A DNA stretch of 64,000 bases from Patescibacteria group bacterium (GTDB lineage Bacteria > Patescibacteriota > Microgenomatia > UBA12405), in NCBI GenBank assembly GCA_023380755.1, contig JAMCSD010000006.1, positions 120,385-184,384 of the forward strand. Reading direction: 5' to 3'. This document shows, one piece after another, positions 10,924-19,852 of this stretch; the stretch's first letter is position 1; every line of letters begins with the position of its first letter. The notes under the pieces are model-generated. The model saw only the letters and a list, made by a program, of their open reading frames with translations. It had not been told where the DNA came from and ran no database searches. The translations under genes were made by a program, and so were the position numbers.

Positions 10924-11346
10924 TTATTTTAGTGGCAATTCCGACACCCCACCCCAAAGATCAATCAGAAAATACTTCACCGGTCTTTTATTATCTAGTT
11001 TTCTTATTTCTGCCAACAATATTCGGCTAAATTCCATATGCGCCTGGCGGTCCGCTTCGACCGGCAAATCATGGACTATCGTTTTATCCTGAGCGTAACC
11101 GCCGCAATCCTGATGGTCAAAGACCCATATTTCTTCTGGTTGGTGCAGTCTCAGTGATAATTTAATTTGTCTTATTATGGCTGCCCGATCTTCTTCTTGA
11201 ATTGGCTTAACCAAGTCCCTGGATGCTCCAGCCATGCTGATTAAATCATAATTGTGCTGATATCCCTGGCTGTTCAAATAATGGACTAAGGCTTCTTGAA
11301 TCCTAAAATCAATACAGCTGATGACGCATAGTTTGGCTCGGTGCAT
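10924..11346 (-). CDS. Putative beta-class-like carbonic anhydrase
   Basis: CIDFR and HQDCG zinc-ligand motifs. Confidence 0.7.
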   Translation of the reverse strand: MHRAKLCVISCIDFRIQEALVHYLNSQGYQHNYDLISMAGASRDLVKPIQEEDRAAIIRQIKLSLRLHQPEEIWVFDHQDCGGYAQDKTIVHDLPVEADRQAHMEFSRILLAEIRKLDNKRPVKYFLIDLWGGVSELPLK

Positions 11347-11405
11347 ATTCCTGATTATAGCCTTTCTATTTGGCTCGCCGACGTTGTGTTTTGTAAAATA
11401 AATCC

Positions 11406-12275
11406 ATGAACATATTATTACGCTTATTAGCCATCCTTTTCGCTATTTTGCCAATCCGTCAATCCCGCCCGGCTGCGGCCTCATCATCTTATAACCTGCT
11501 AATTGCCGATCGCGGTCATAATCGTTTGATTGAAGTCGCTCCTGATAAGCGGATTATTTGGGAATACGACTTTCATCTGCCCCGTCCTGGTTTGGGGCCG
11601 GATGACGCCTTTTTTGCTAATCAAGGTCAAACAGTGATTGCCAATTTAGAGGAATATCACCAAATTGTTTTAATTGATTACACCTCTAAAAAAATTCTTT
11701 GGTCCTATGGCCACCCCGGCCTCGCCGGATCGGCTCCCGGTTTCTTAAATACCCCCGATGACGCTTACCTGTTGCCTAATGGCCACATTATTGTGGCCGA
11801 TATTAAAAACAACCGGGTAATAGAAATTGATCAACAATCCCACCTGGTCCATGCCGATACTCATCTTCTCAGCCCCAATGGTGACACGCCACTGGCTAAT
11901 GGCCATCTTCTCATCAGCGAAATTCACCGCCGGGACCTAGTGGAATTAAATGCCCAGTGGCAGGAAGTTTTTCGCTTATCATTACCGGTCAACTACCCTT
12001 CCGACCCCCAACTCACCCTTTCGGGAAATTACCTGGTCTCTGACTATAGCAATCCCGGCAAAATTGTGGAAGTTGATCGGCAGGGGAGTCTTATTTGGGA
12101 ATACACCTCAGGCCTTAACCATCCTTCCATCGCCTTGGAGTTGCCCGATGGCCATATCGTCGCCACTGACGACCTCAACAATCGGGTCATTATCATTGAT
12201 AAAAAAACCAACAAAATAATATGGCAGTACACCGGTGTTAATCTTCCCGACGGCGTCGATTACCGTTTTTCTTAG
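11406..12275 (+). CDS. Secreted beta-propeller (NHL/arylsulfotransferase-like) protein
   Basis: Signal peptide; repeats of P.DA..LP.GH..V.D..NNRVI..D.....IW.Y. Confidence 0.7.
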   Translation: MNILLRLLAILFAILPIRQSRPAAASSSYNLLIADRGHNRLIEVAPDKRIIWEYDFHLPRPGLGPDDAFFANQGQTVIANLEEYHQIVLIDYTSKKILWSYGHPGLAGSAPGFLNTPDDAYLLPNGHIIVADIKNNRVIEIDQQSHLVHADTHLLSPNGDTPLANGHLLISEIHRRDLVELNAQWQEVFRLSLPVNYPSDPQLTLSGNYLVSDYSNPGKIVEVDRQGSLIWEYTSGLNHPSIALELPDGHIVATDDLNNRVIIIDKKTNKIIWQYTGVNLPDGVDYRFS

Positions 12276-13408
12276 TCTCGACTGGCTTGTTTCTTAATTT
12301 CATCAATTACTTCCCGGATGCCTTTTAGCAGTTTTCGGGAAAGGCTGTGGGCAATATACATCTTTCCTGAATATAGGTCAATTTTTAACATTATCTCATA
12401 GGCATTAACTTTGCCTTTGAAATTTTTATCCTCCTTTTTGCTCAACGCAATTTGCGAGATTTTTTCACTTTTGCTGATGTGCTCATATAGGCTGGCTATC
12501 CAAACTTCTGTAGTTCGCAATTCCGCTATTCTCACCTCCTCAAAACCCCGCAGTTGTAGCGGCAACGGCCCTGTTTTATCCCGGACCAAAACTGTCTCCA
12601 GCAAATCTCGTAACTCCAATATCCCCGTTGGGTAATTCTCCTCATTAAGTACTGCCACGTAATGTGCCCCACTATTGACGAGGCCAGTCACCAGCCTCTC
12701 CTTGTTTTCTCTTTCCGTGCCGCTGGTTTCGTAAATCTTTTGTTCCACAAATTGCTGCAGGGGGTAATCAGCCCGATCAATCTTTTCACCCACAAAACCT
12801 TTCCATCCGGGAATAGCCTCTAGTCGTAATCCGGCTTTCTGGTTAAAAGCCTTAAGTAAACTCTTTTTAGAAACCACTCCTCGAAAATGGCTTTCTTTAT
12901 CAATCAAAAAAGCATAATTATTTTTCTTGTCGGCTAAGGCCTGAAAAGCTTCCTTAATGCTTGCTTCATTCGGAACTAAAATCGCCTTTTTTATCGGTGT
13001 CCGCAGCATAATCAGATTATGGAAAGTTTCATTCGCCATTAAAACCTTCAAAATACCCGCTGCTGTCAATTGACCCACTATTTGCTTCTTTTGGTCAAAC
13101 ACTGGTATTCGGTACCAGCCATAATCCACCATTTCCTTCACCGCCTTCGTAATCCGATCCTGTCGGTAAATTGTCCCGGCACTCACCTGGTTAATTGCCT
13201 TACTCAAATAAGGCATTCGGCTATGATAAAAAGTATTTTGGATGGAAATTAAACCCTTAAAACCTTCATCTTGGTAAACCAGAATCGGCTCAAAACTGTT
13301 GTTCACTAAATCAATTAGGTTCCCCAAGGTCTCGTCATCGCTGCATTGCACGAAATGTGCCCCTCGCTCCATAAATTTTTCCACTTTCGGTAGGCCTTTA
13401 TTTTTCAT
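12272..13408 (-). CDS. CBS-domain protein with C-terminal HPF/RaiA-like domain
   Basis: Four CBS-like repeats (RIPVFD...IVGQLT..GIL; VAVLNE...PTGIL..RDLL); last ~95 aa fit the HPF beta-alpha-beta-beta-beta-alpha pattern. Confidence 0.7.
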   Translation of the reverse strand: MKNKGLPKVEKFMERGAHFVQCSDDETLGNLIDLVNNSFEPILVYQDEGFKGLISIQNTFYHSRMPYLSKAINQVSAGTIYRQDRITKAVKEMVDYGWYRIPVFDQKKQIVGQLTAAGILKVLMANETFHNLIMLRTPIKKAILVPNEASIKEAFQALADKKNNYAFLIDKESHFRGVVSKKSLLKAFNQKAGLRLEAIPGWKGFVGEKIDRADYPLQQFVEQKIYETSGTERENKERLVTGLVNSGAHYVAVLNEENYPTGILELRDLLETVLVRDKTGPLPLQLRGFEEVRIAELRTTEVWIASLYEHISKSEKISQIALSKKEDKNFKGKVNAYEIMLKIDLYSGKMYIAHSLSRKLLKGIREVIDEIKKQASRD

Positions 13409-13409
13409 A

Positions 13410-13793
13410 TTAATGTTCCTCCGTAAAACTAACTTCCACTAACGGGCTTCCCGCCACCCACGAATCCAGTTGCCGTTCTTCGCCTCTACTTTTAGTGATC
13501 TTGGCCAGTATTTCCCGGCGCTCAACCGGGTCGGTAATGGCTCTCGCTGTCGCCGGCAAATCAGCTTGAGTGCTTTCTTTCAGGTGAAAAATAAATTCTG
13601 GATTGGCCAAAAGATTGGCATACCAGTCCCGTTTGCCGGGGTTACCGGTCAGGTAAATTTTCCCCTCAACCACATGGAACCAGGTTTCGATCCGATGTGG
13701 CCGGCCGCTCTTTTTTCCCATGGTGGTGATCTCAATTGTCTGGTCTGTTTTCAGCGCCGTGCTCACCCTCGGTTCCATCATTTTATTAAACAC
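13410..13793 (-). CDS. Deazaflavin-dependent nitroreductase family (Ddn-like) protein
   Basis: ITTMGKKSGRPHR, DWYANLLANP motifs. Confidence 0.8.
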   Translation of the reverse strand: MFNKMMEPRVSTALKTDQTIEITTMGKKSGRPHRIETWFHVVEGKIYLTGNPGKRDWYANLLANPEFIFHLKESTQADLPATARAITDPVERREILAKITKSRGEERQLDSWVAGSPLVEVSFTEEH

Positions 13794-13875
13794 TAACTTA
13801 TATAATTTTAGTACGAGTAATTATCGACTACAAATTACTATAGTGATGGTGTGAGTATTTGTTATAATCGAAACA

Positions 13876-15165
13876 ATGGGATTAAATCCTGAACTTCTTC
13901 AAGAAGCCGAATCAATTTGGGCGGAAAATAATAAAATCAACCGCTTCGGCACCCGGTTTGGCATTTACCCCATCGACAAATCCAAGCTCCTTCTCGATCG
14001 GTCCCTGGCTCTGCATCATCAGCTTCGGTCTACCTCCACGCCCACCACCGCTGATGAAGTTTTGGAAAACGAATTATCCCGTCATTTATCTTCCCGGGCT
14101 ATTTCCCTTGACAACTGGTTAAGTGGCCGCACGTGGACCCTTGAAAATTATCTTCACCATTATGGTCTCCAAGCCTCAAAAATTACCGCTCTAAAAGATT
14201 GGTTGGCTGCCAATCGGGCGGCCGCCCTTCAGGGCAGTGAAGATCTGTATCGTCGTTTCCGTGTCGACGCTTATGAATTAGCTTTACCCTTGGAAGTCCC
14301 CCGTCTTCGGGATCAGGCTGTCGGCATCGGTAGCAATCGGGTGGAAATTTATCACCAGGCCTTAGCCGATTTATATAGTTCGGTTAGCGATGCCGGTTCC
14401 TATCTTCGCCAGTTACGGGTTGATGTCACCACCAAAAACCGTTCTGAATTTAATTATCGCAGCCGGCGCTTAGGTCTTAGCCTCGGGTCCATTCTCTATG
14501 AAAACGAGGATGGCAGCCTTCAGGTCCGGGAGCGCGAACTTCTGCGGCTTTACGGCCACGAAGGCTTGGCTCATGCTCTGCAGTACATTATTACCCAAGC
14601 CTCGCCGCTCCCCGTCTTTTTAAAAGAAAACTCCGGAGCCTCGGCCGCCACCGAAGAGGCTCTGGCCCTTCACATGGAGAAAGTTGTCTTTGATGAAGTC
14701 GCTGATTCGCCCGAACTGCAAAAACAGCTCCAACTTACCGATCGTTACCCCGATATTTACGAAGAAGTCAAAGCCACTGCCCTTGTTAACACCTTTAAGC
14801 GCCGTTTTTACCATTATAGTATTTATGTTTTGGCCGATTTGAGTTTTGGCGATCCCGAAGATCCTCAAGTTGTTAACCGCAAAACTGAGCATCTTTCCGA
14901 ACTAGCCATAAATCCTATGGTAGCCCGCAATCTGATTGAAGACAACCGCCGCCATTATGATTCCCAAAAAAATCTTGACTCTGATCTCCTCTCGGAATTG
15001 CGTTATGCCTCCCCTGTGGTTGATGAAGCTTTCGCCGTCTTTGCCCAAAATGGTCTTGACTATACCTCCCGTGCCGGCCGCAGCCTAATTGACTTAACCC
15101 TGTTAACCGGATTTTTCACCCCGGCCGGCTTACTCGAAAATGCCGCTCTGCAACGCTCCCGGTGA
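13876..15165 (+). CDS. Putative zinc metallopeptidase (DUF1704/MATCAP-like gluzincin)
   Basis: GHEGLAH followed by TEEALA third-ligand motif. Confidence 0.55.
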   Translation: MGLNPELLQEAESIWAENNKINRFGTRFGIYPIDKSKLLLDRSLALHHQLRSTSTPTTADEVLENELSRHLSSRAISLDNWLSGRTWTLENYLHHYGLQASKITALKDWLAANRAAALQGSEDLYRRFRVDAYELALPLEVPRLRDQAVGIGSNRVEIYHQALADLYSSVSDAGSYLRQLRVDVTTKNRSEFNYRSRRLGLSLGSILYENEDGSLQVRERELLRLYGHEGLAHALQYIITQASPLPVFLKENSGASAATEEALALHMEKVVFDEVADSPELQKQLQLTDRYPDIYEEVKATALVNTFKRRFYHYSIYVLADLSFGDPEDPQVVNRKTEHLSELAINPMVARNLIEDNRRHYDSQKNLDSDLLSELRYASPVVDEAFAVFAQNGLDYTSRAGRSLIDLTLLTGFFTPAGLLENAALQRSR

Positions 15166-15241
15166 TTTGCCAAGAAAAGACTAAACTGTTACAATGTAAG
15201 TAATAGTTGCTTATCAAAATTCCCCGAAGAAAGTGTACCGC

Positions 15242-15254
15242 TGTTCTTTGACAT
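15242..15254 (+). promoter_or_regulatory. boxA-like element (unit 1)
   Basis: TGTTCTTTGACAT, compared with rrn boxA TGCTCTTTAACA; downstream of a TACAAT -10-like box; followed by hairpin 15257-15304. Confidence 0.65.
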
Positions 15255-15410
15255 CAATGAAGCGGATATTGTCTATTAAATATAGTAGACATTATCCGCT
15301 TCATGCGGGCACAACTTAATAGCAAGTTGCTGTCGGAAAGGAGGTGGTGCTTATTGGAGTCTAGCTTTACTGGATAAGAGATGCTGTATTTTGTTTTGGA
15401 GGTTACTGGA

Positions 15411-15821
15411 ATGTCTAAAAGAAACAAGAGTGGAAATAGTCGAGTTTTTCAGCCTCAATCATCCCAACGCCAATCTTCGAAATATCCCGTCAACAGCCAA
15501 GCTAAGTCTACCGGAGTCCGATTTGGTTATGCTCTCGTCAACGGTAACGAGAAACTCCTCGACGAAATGACCTATAATTCCGTCGCTGAAGGAGCTTCTG
15601 GAGCCGGTGCCAAATCGACCAATATCTCTCGTTTTAAGAACTCTGGTTCTACCAGGCTTGGCCCTGTAATGCCCATTAACGGGCTTCATAGCGGCAAAAA
15701 CGATGAGACTACTATCGCCGCGTTTTTCACTGACGATAACAATAACTTAACCGGCGTCGCGACCATCCAAGTCATGGGCCGCGATCGAATCCACAACTGG
15801 ACCTTCTGTTCCAGTAAGTAA
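15411..15821 (+). CDS. Hypothetical protein (boxA unit 1)
   Basis: ORF; start refined to ATG 15411, 8 nt after GGAGG. Confidence 0.65.
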   Translation: MSKRNKSGNSRVFQPQSSQRQSSKYPVNSQAKSTGVRFGYALVNGNEKLLDEMTYNSVAEGASGAGAKSTNISRFKNSGSTRLGPVMPINGLHSGKNDETTIAAFFTDDNNNLTGVATIQVMGRDRIHNWTFCSSK

Positions 15822-15832
15822 CTCTATAAGCA

Positions 15833-15884
15833 TTCTAGGGAGGACGTCTTCGCCAACGTCTTCAGACTCAAGTCCTCCCTAGAA
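15833..15884 (+). terminator. 3' hairpin of unit 1, overlapping the end of the convergent gene
   Basis: TTCTAGGGAGGAC / GTCCTCCCTAGAA 13-bp stem followed by a T-run. Confidence 0.65.
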
Positions 15885-16485
15885 ATTTTTTAAATTCAAT
15901 AATTGCCACTGTCCGAAATCCCGCTTGAGCATAAACCTGACGCATCTTTTGGGATACCTCTGAATTATCGATGGCAATCGTATGGGATTCCCCACAACCT
16001 GATTGTTTCACTATAATCACCGCTGGTGCTTGCAGTTCGGCCGTGCTCAACTCATTAAAATCGTCAACCTTCACCTCTTCTGACTTTTCATTTTCGGGGC
16101 CTTCACCAATTATAGTTTGGCCATTTTTATTCATCGTAATTCTTTTAATTTGGATTCCCTTGGTTTCATACATTTCCCTCATCGCCTTTCCATAACTTCC
16201 GTGTTGGAGCATCAGACTTCCCTGGTGCAAAAAAGCCCCATATTCTCTTGTAATACCTTCCCAATAATCCTGATGGGCTGGCAGTGGTAATCCAAAATAA
16301 GCCATAATTGCCGCCATGGCCACAAAGGGGCAGCCTTCTCCGGTCCTTTCCTGGTCTAGATAAAGTTCCCTTAAATTTGCTTGGTTCCAGTCTAATATAG
16401 TACTCAGCGGTCTTATTTCTAGTGTCGGCAAGGCTATTACTCGGCTTGGATTCCTTTCGGATGTTAATACTTCTTGCCAAGACAT
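15868..16485 (-). CDS. Hypothetical protein, possible papain/C39-like fold
   Basis: GCPFVAMAAIMAYFG helix and SHTIAID strand. Confidence 0.45.
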   Translation of the reverse strand: MSWQEVLTSERNPSRVIALPTLEIRPLSTILDWNQANLRELYLDQERTGEGCPFVAMAAIMAYFGLPLPAHQDYWEGITREYGAFLHQGSLMLQHGSYGKAMREMYETKGIQIKRITMNKNGQTIIGEGPENEKSEEVKVDDFNELSTAELQAPAVIIVKQSGCGESHTIAIDNSEVSQKMRQVYAQAGFRTVAIIEFKKFLGRT

Positions 16486-16678
16486 GGATCACCCCAATAA
16501 TAACAATTTATTAAGGCAAAGACAGATATGTCAAAAATTTGCTTTACAATAGAACATGGTCTATAGCGCTTCTGGAATTTAAATCACCCTCCCCTTTTTT
16601 CCCGCAATATTTACCTAGTAATAAAATTATAGAGATAAATCGTATGGTATATTTACGTTAGAGGGGATTTTTTCCAAA

Positions 16679-18337
16679 ATGCTTATTTCCGATCAACAAC
16701 TTAGCCAAATTATTGTTAACCAAGGTCTTGTTGATAATAAAAAGCTAGAAGATATTATCGCCTTTGCCCGGAACGCCGATCTGCCGCTCTCTGAAGCCTT
16801 GTTAGAGAAAGACATCCTTTCCGATCTGGAACTAGGTCAGCTTTTGGCTGCTCATCTTAAGCTTCCCTTTATTAATCTTTCTGAACTCTCCATCCCTCAT
16901 GAACTTTGCCGAATTATCCCCGAAAACATTGCTAAATCTCAAAAAGTTATCTTATTTGACCGTAGTCCTACTGAAATTAAATTGGCTCTAGCCGACCCTG
17001 CCAATACCGACATCCAACAATCTGTTGCCCAAAAGACTGGTACCAAAGTTACCCCTTATTTAGCCACCCACCGGGATATTGAAAATGCCCTAAAGGTTTA
17101 CCGTCAGGATGTCCAGCAGACCTTTAATTCCATGTTGCGCAATCCTGAATTTGTTCCGGTCGCCGAAATTGCTGACCTCCTTATTGAATATGCCTACCAG
17201 GACAAAGCCTCCGATATCCATATTGAACCCGATGAAAAATACTGTCTCATTCGCTTTCGTCTTGATGGTGTCCTCCACGATATTCTCCGACTTCCTAAGC
17301 CTCTTCACGACCGGATTGTCACCCGCATCAAAGTTTTAGCTCGGTTGCGCACCGATGAGCACCTGACTCCCCAAGATGGCCGCCTCCGTCTCCAGCTCAC
17401 TTCAGAAAATTTGGATATCCGGGTTTCCATTGTCCCTGTAGCCGAAGGTGAAAAAGTCGTTTTAAGATTATTGTCTGCCCGTTCCCGTCAATTTTCTTTG
17501 ATGGATTTAGGGATGCGGTCAACAGACCTCAAAAAAGTCATGAATGCTATCAGTAAATCTTATGGCCTAGTCTTAGCCACCGGCCCTACCGGTTCCGGCA
17601 AAACCACTTCCATTTATTCTCTCCTTAAAATACTCAATACCCGCGATAAAAACATCACCACTATTGAAGATCCGGTTGAATATCGACTCTCCGGTGTTAA
17701 CCAAATCCAGGTCAACCCCCGCTCCAATCTCAGTTTTGCCAATGGCTTACGTTCCATACTCCGTCAGGATCCTAACATAATATTTGTAGGAGAGATACGC
17801 GATAATGACACTGCCGCCATTGGGGTTAACGCCGCTCTGACCGGTCACCTGGTCCTTTCCACTCTCCACACCAATGATGCCGCCACCGCCTTACCGCGAT
17901 TTATTGATATGAAAGTTGAGCCTTTTTTGGTGGCCTCGACGGTCAACGTCGTCATTGCCCAGCGTTTAGTCCGCAAAGTTTGTAAACACTGTCGGCGACC
18001 CCAAGAAATTTCCCTAACCGATCTTCGCCAATTGCTCCCTCCAGATGTCCTTGCCCACAACTTTGGCCGCCGTCCCAAAATCACTGCTTTTACCGGTGAC
18101 GGTTGTGATTTATGCCACCATACTGGTTATTCCGGCCGCATCGGTATCTTTGAAGTCATGGAAGTCACCGCCGCCATCCGCAATTTAATTACCGACAAAA
18201 AGGACTCCACCCTGATTTCCGACTGCGCCCAAAAAGAGGGGATGACCACCATGCTCGATGACGGTTTGCAAAAAGTCCTGACCGGGGACACCACTCTCGA
18301 CGAAATCCTCCGCGTTACAAAAACAGAAACCATATGA
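16679..18337 (+). CDS. pilB: Type IV pilus/T2SS assembly ATPase
   Basis: ASDIHIEP, GPTGSGKT, TIEDPVE, LRQDP, GEIRD, TLHTND, CxxC pairs. Confidence 0.95.
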   Translation: MLISDQQLSQIIVNQGLVDNKKLEDIIAFARNADLPLSEALLEKDILSDLELGQLLAAHLKLPFINLSELSIPHELCRIIPENIAKSQKVILFDRSPTEIKLALADPANTDIQQSVAQKTGTKVTPYLATHRDIENALKVYRQDVQQTFNSMLRNPEFVPVAEIADLLIEYAYQDKASDIHIEPDEKYCLIRFRLDGVLHDILRLPKPLHDRIVTRIKVLARLRTDEHLTPQDGRLRLQLTSENLDIRVSIVPVAEGEKVVLRLLSARSRQFSLMDLGMRSTDLKKVMNAISKSYGLVLATGPTGSGKTTSIYSLLKILNTRDKNITTIEDPVEYRLSGVNQIQVNPRSNLSFANGLRSILRQDPNIIFVGEIRDNDTAAIGVNAALTGHLVLSTLHTNDAATALPRFIDMKVEPFLVASTVNVVIAQRLVRKVCKHCRRPQEISLTDLRQLLPPDVLAHNFGRRPKITAFTGDGCDLCHHTGYSGRIGIFEVMEVTAAIRNLITDKKDSTLISDCAQKEGMTTMLDDGLQKVLTGDTTLDEILRVTKTETI

Positions 18338-19386
18338 AAAAGAATAATCACCGAATCTCCAACAGTGAGAAACTGGCCCTCTACAGTAATTTAGCCACCA
18401 TGCTTCAGGCCGGCATTCCCATTCTGGAGGCTGTCCGTCTTTTAGCCGAGGAGTCCCATGGCAGCCTTAAAAAAATGTTGGAAGCCATCGCCGCTGACCT
18501 GGTCCAGGGAGAGGATTTAAGCACCTCTTTTTCCCGTTTTCCTGCGGCCTTCGATCGGATTACCATTAACATTCTTAAGGCTTCCGAACGTTCCGGCACC
18601 CTGGAGACTACCCTCAAAGATTTACGCAACAATTTACGCCGTGATATCGAATTTACTGACAAAGTTAAATCTTCGTTGCTTTACCCAGCCATCCTCTTGG
18701 TTGTTTTTAGTTTGGTATTTATTGTAATTCTTACTTTCGTTATCCCCCGGATTGCCATGGTCTTTAAGAACCTCAAAGTCGTTTTGCCGCTGCCTACTAA
18801 AATTTTAATTTTTGTTTCTCAAATCTTTACTACCTATACCTTGCCGATCGTTGCTCTGCTTATTGTTTTGGTTTTAGCCTTTGTCTATTTTTATGAAACC
18901 AGACGTAAATCGTTTTTTAAGGTCTTTTCCCATTTGCCGGTTGTTTCTCTTCTGGTCCGCGAGATTGACCTGACCCGTTTTTCCCGGAGTCTCGCCCTCC
19001 TTTTGGGCTCTAATGTCCCCATTGCTTCGGCCTTGGAATTAAGTCAGGATGTGGTGGTCGGCCGCGATTTAAATCAGGCCATTCTCCGCTCCCGGGACAT
19101 TATTCTTTCCGGCGGCCGGCTTTCCGAGGGCTTGCGGACCCCCCGCAAAACCATCCCGGCCGTCATTACCAAAATCATTGAATCCGGCGAAAAAAGCGGC
19201 TCCCTCGATAAATCTATGCAGGATGTTTCCGAGTATCTTGATTACAACGTCACCAATGATCTAAAGATGGTCACTACCCTGCTCGAGCCGCTTATCTTAG
19301 TTGTCGTCGGCCTTTTTGTCGGTGGTATGATGCTCTCCATCATTGCCCCCATTTACAATTTAATCGGACAAATCAGTGCCCATTAA
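18334..19386 (+). CDS. pilC: Type IV pilus/T2SS inner membrane platform protein
   Basis: Two T2SSF domains, GE.SG.L and LLEP motifs. Confidence 0.92.
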   Translation: MKKNNHRISNSEKLALYSNLATMLQAGIPILEAVRLLAEESHGSLKKMLEAIAADLVQGEDLSTSFSRFPAAFDRITINILKASERSGTLETTLKDLRNNLRRDIEFTDKVKSSLLYPAILLVVFSLVFIVILTFVIPRIAMVFKNLKVVLPLPTKILIFVSQIFTTYTLPIVALLIVLVLAFVYFYETRRKSFFKVFSHLPVVSLLVREIDLTRFSRSLALLLGSNVPIASALELSQDVVVGRDLNQAILRSRDIILSGGRLSEGLRTPRKTIPAVITKIIESGEKSGSLDKSMQDVSEYLDYNVTNDLKMVTTLLEPLILVVVGLFVGGMMLSIIAPIYNLIGQISAH

Positions 19387-19852
19387 TCGGGGGTTTGCCC
19401 CGCCGCGTCGGGGTTTTACCCTCATCGAAGTTATTATCACCATGGGGATCTTTGTGGTCCTGTTGTCTTTGGGCACCGTTTCCCTAATTAATGCCCAGCA
19501 CATTGCTTCCTTGGACACCGTCACCAATACCCTGATTACCGATCTTAAACAGCAGCAACTGAAAGCCATGGTCGGGGATACCGAAGGGCGTTTTTCCCGC
19601 AGTTCTTATGGCATTCATTTCGATACTGGTGATTATGTCCTGTTTCACGGCACTTATAATTCCAGTGACCCGACCAATTTTACCGTTCCCCTCGTGGGTT
19701 CCTTATCTTTTGCTTCCGCCGGTGAGGTCAGCTTTTCCCAGGGCAGCGGCCAGGTCACCGGCTTGTCCGTTATCACCTTGTCCGATTCTACCAACGGCCG
19801 GCAAAAAGTTATTAATTTAAATTCCTATGGCGTCGTTACCTCCCTCCACTAA
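19376..19852 (+). CDS. Minor type IV pilin
   Basis: G|FTLIEVII prepilin cleavage/methylation motif. Confidence 0.9.
   Translation: MPINRGFAPPRRGFTLIEVIITMGIFVVLLSLGTVSLINAQHIASLDTVTNTLITDLKQQQLKAMVGDTEGRFSRSSYGIHFDTGDYVLFHGTYNSSDPTNFTVPLVGSLSFASAGEVSFSQGSGQVTGLSVITLSDSTNGRQKVINLNSYGVVTSLH

Noticed and set aside
15311-15335. TAGCAAGTT resembling a tracrRNA segment
   Set aside because: Only 9 nt; no cas genes or repeat-spacer array in the window
16580-16672. AAATCACCCTC / GAGGGGATTT pairing upstream of pilB as a riboswitch or boxA unit
   Set aside because: Imperfect, no boxA-like motif and no recognisable aptamer
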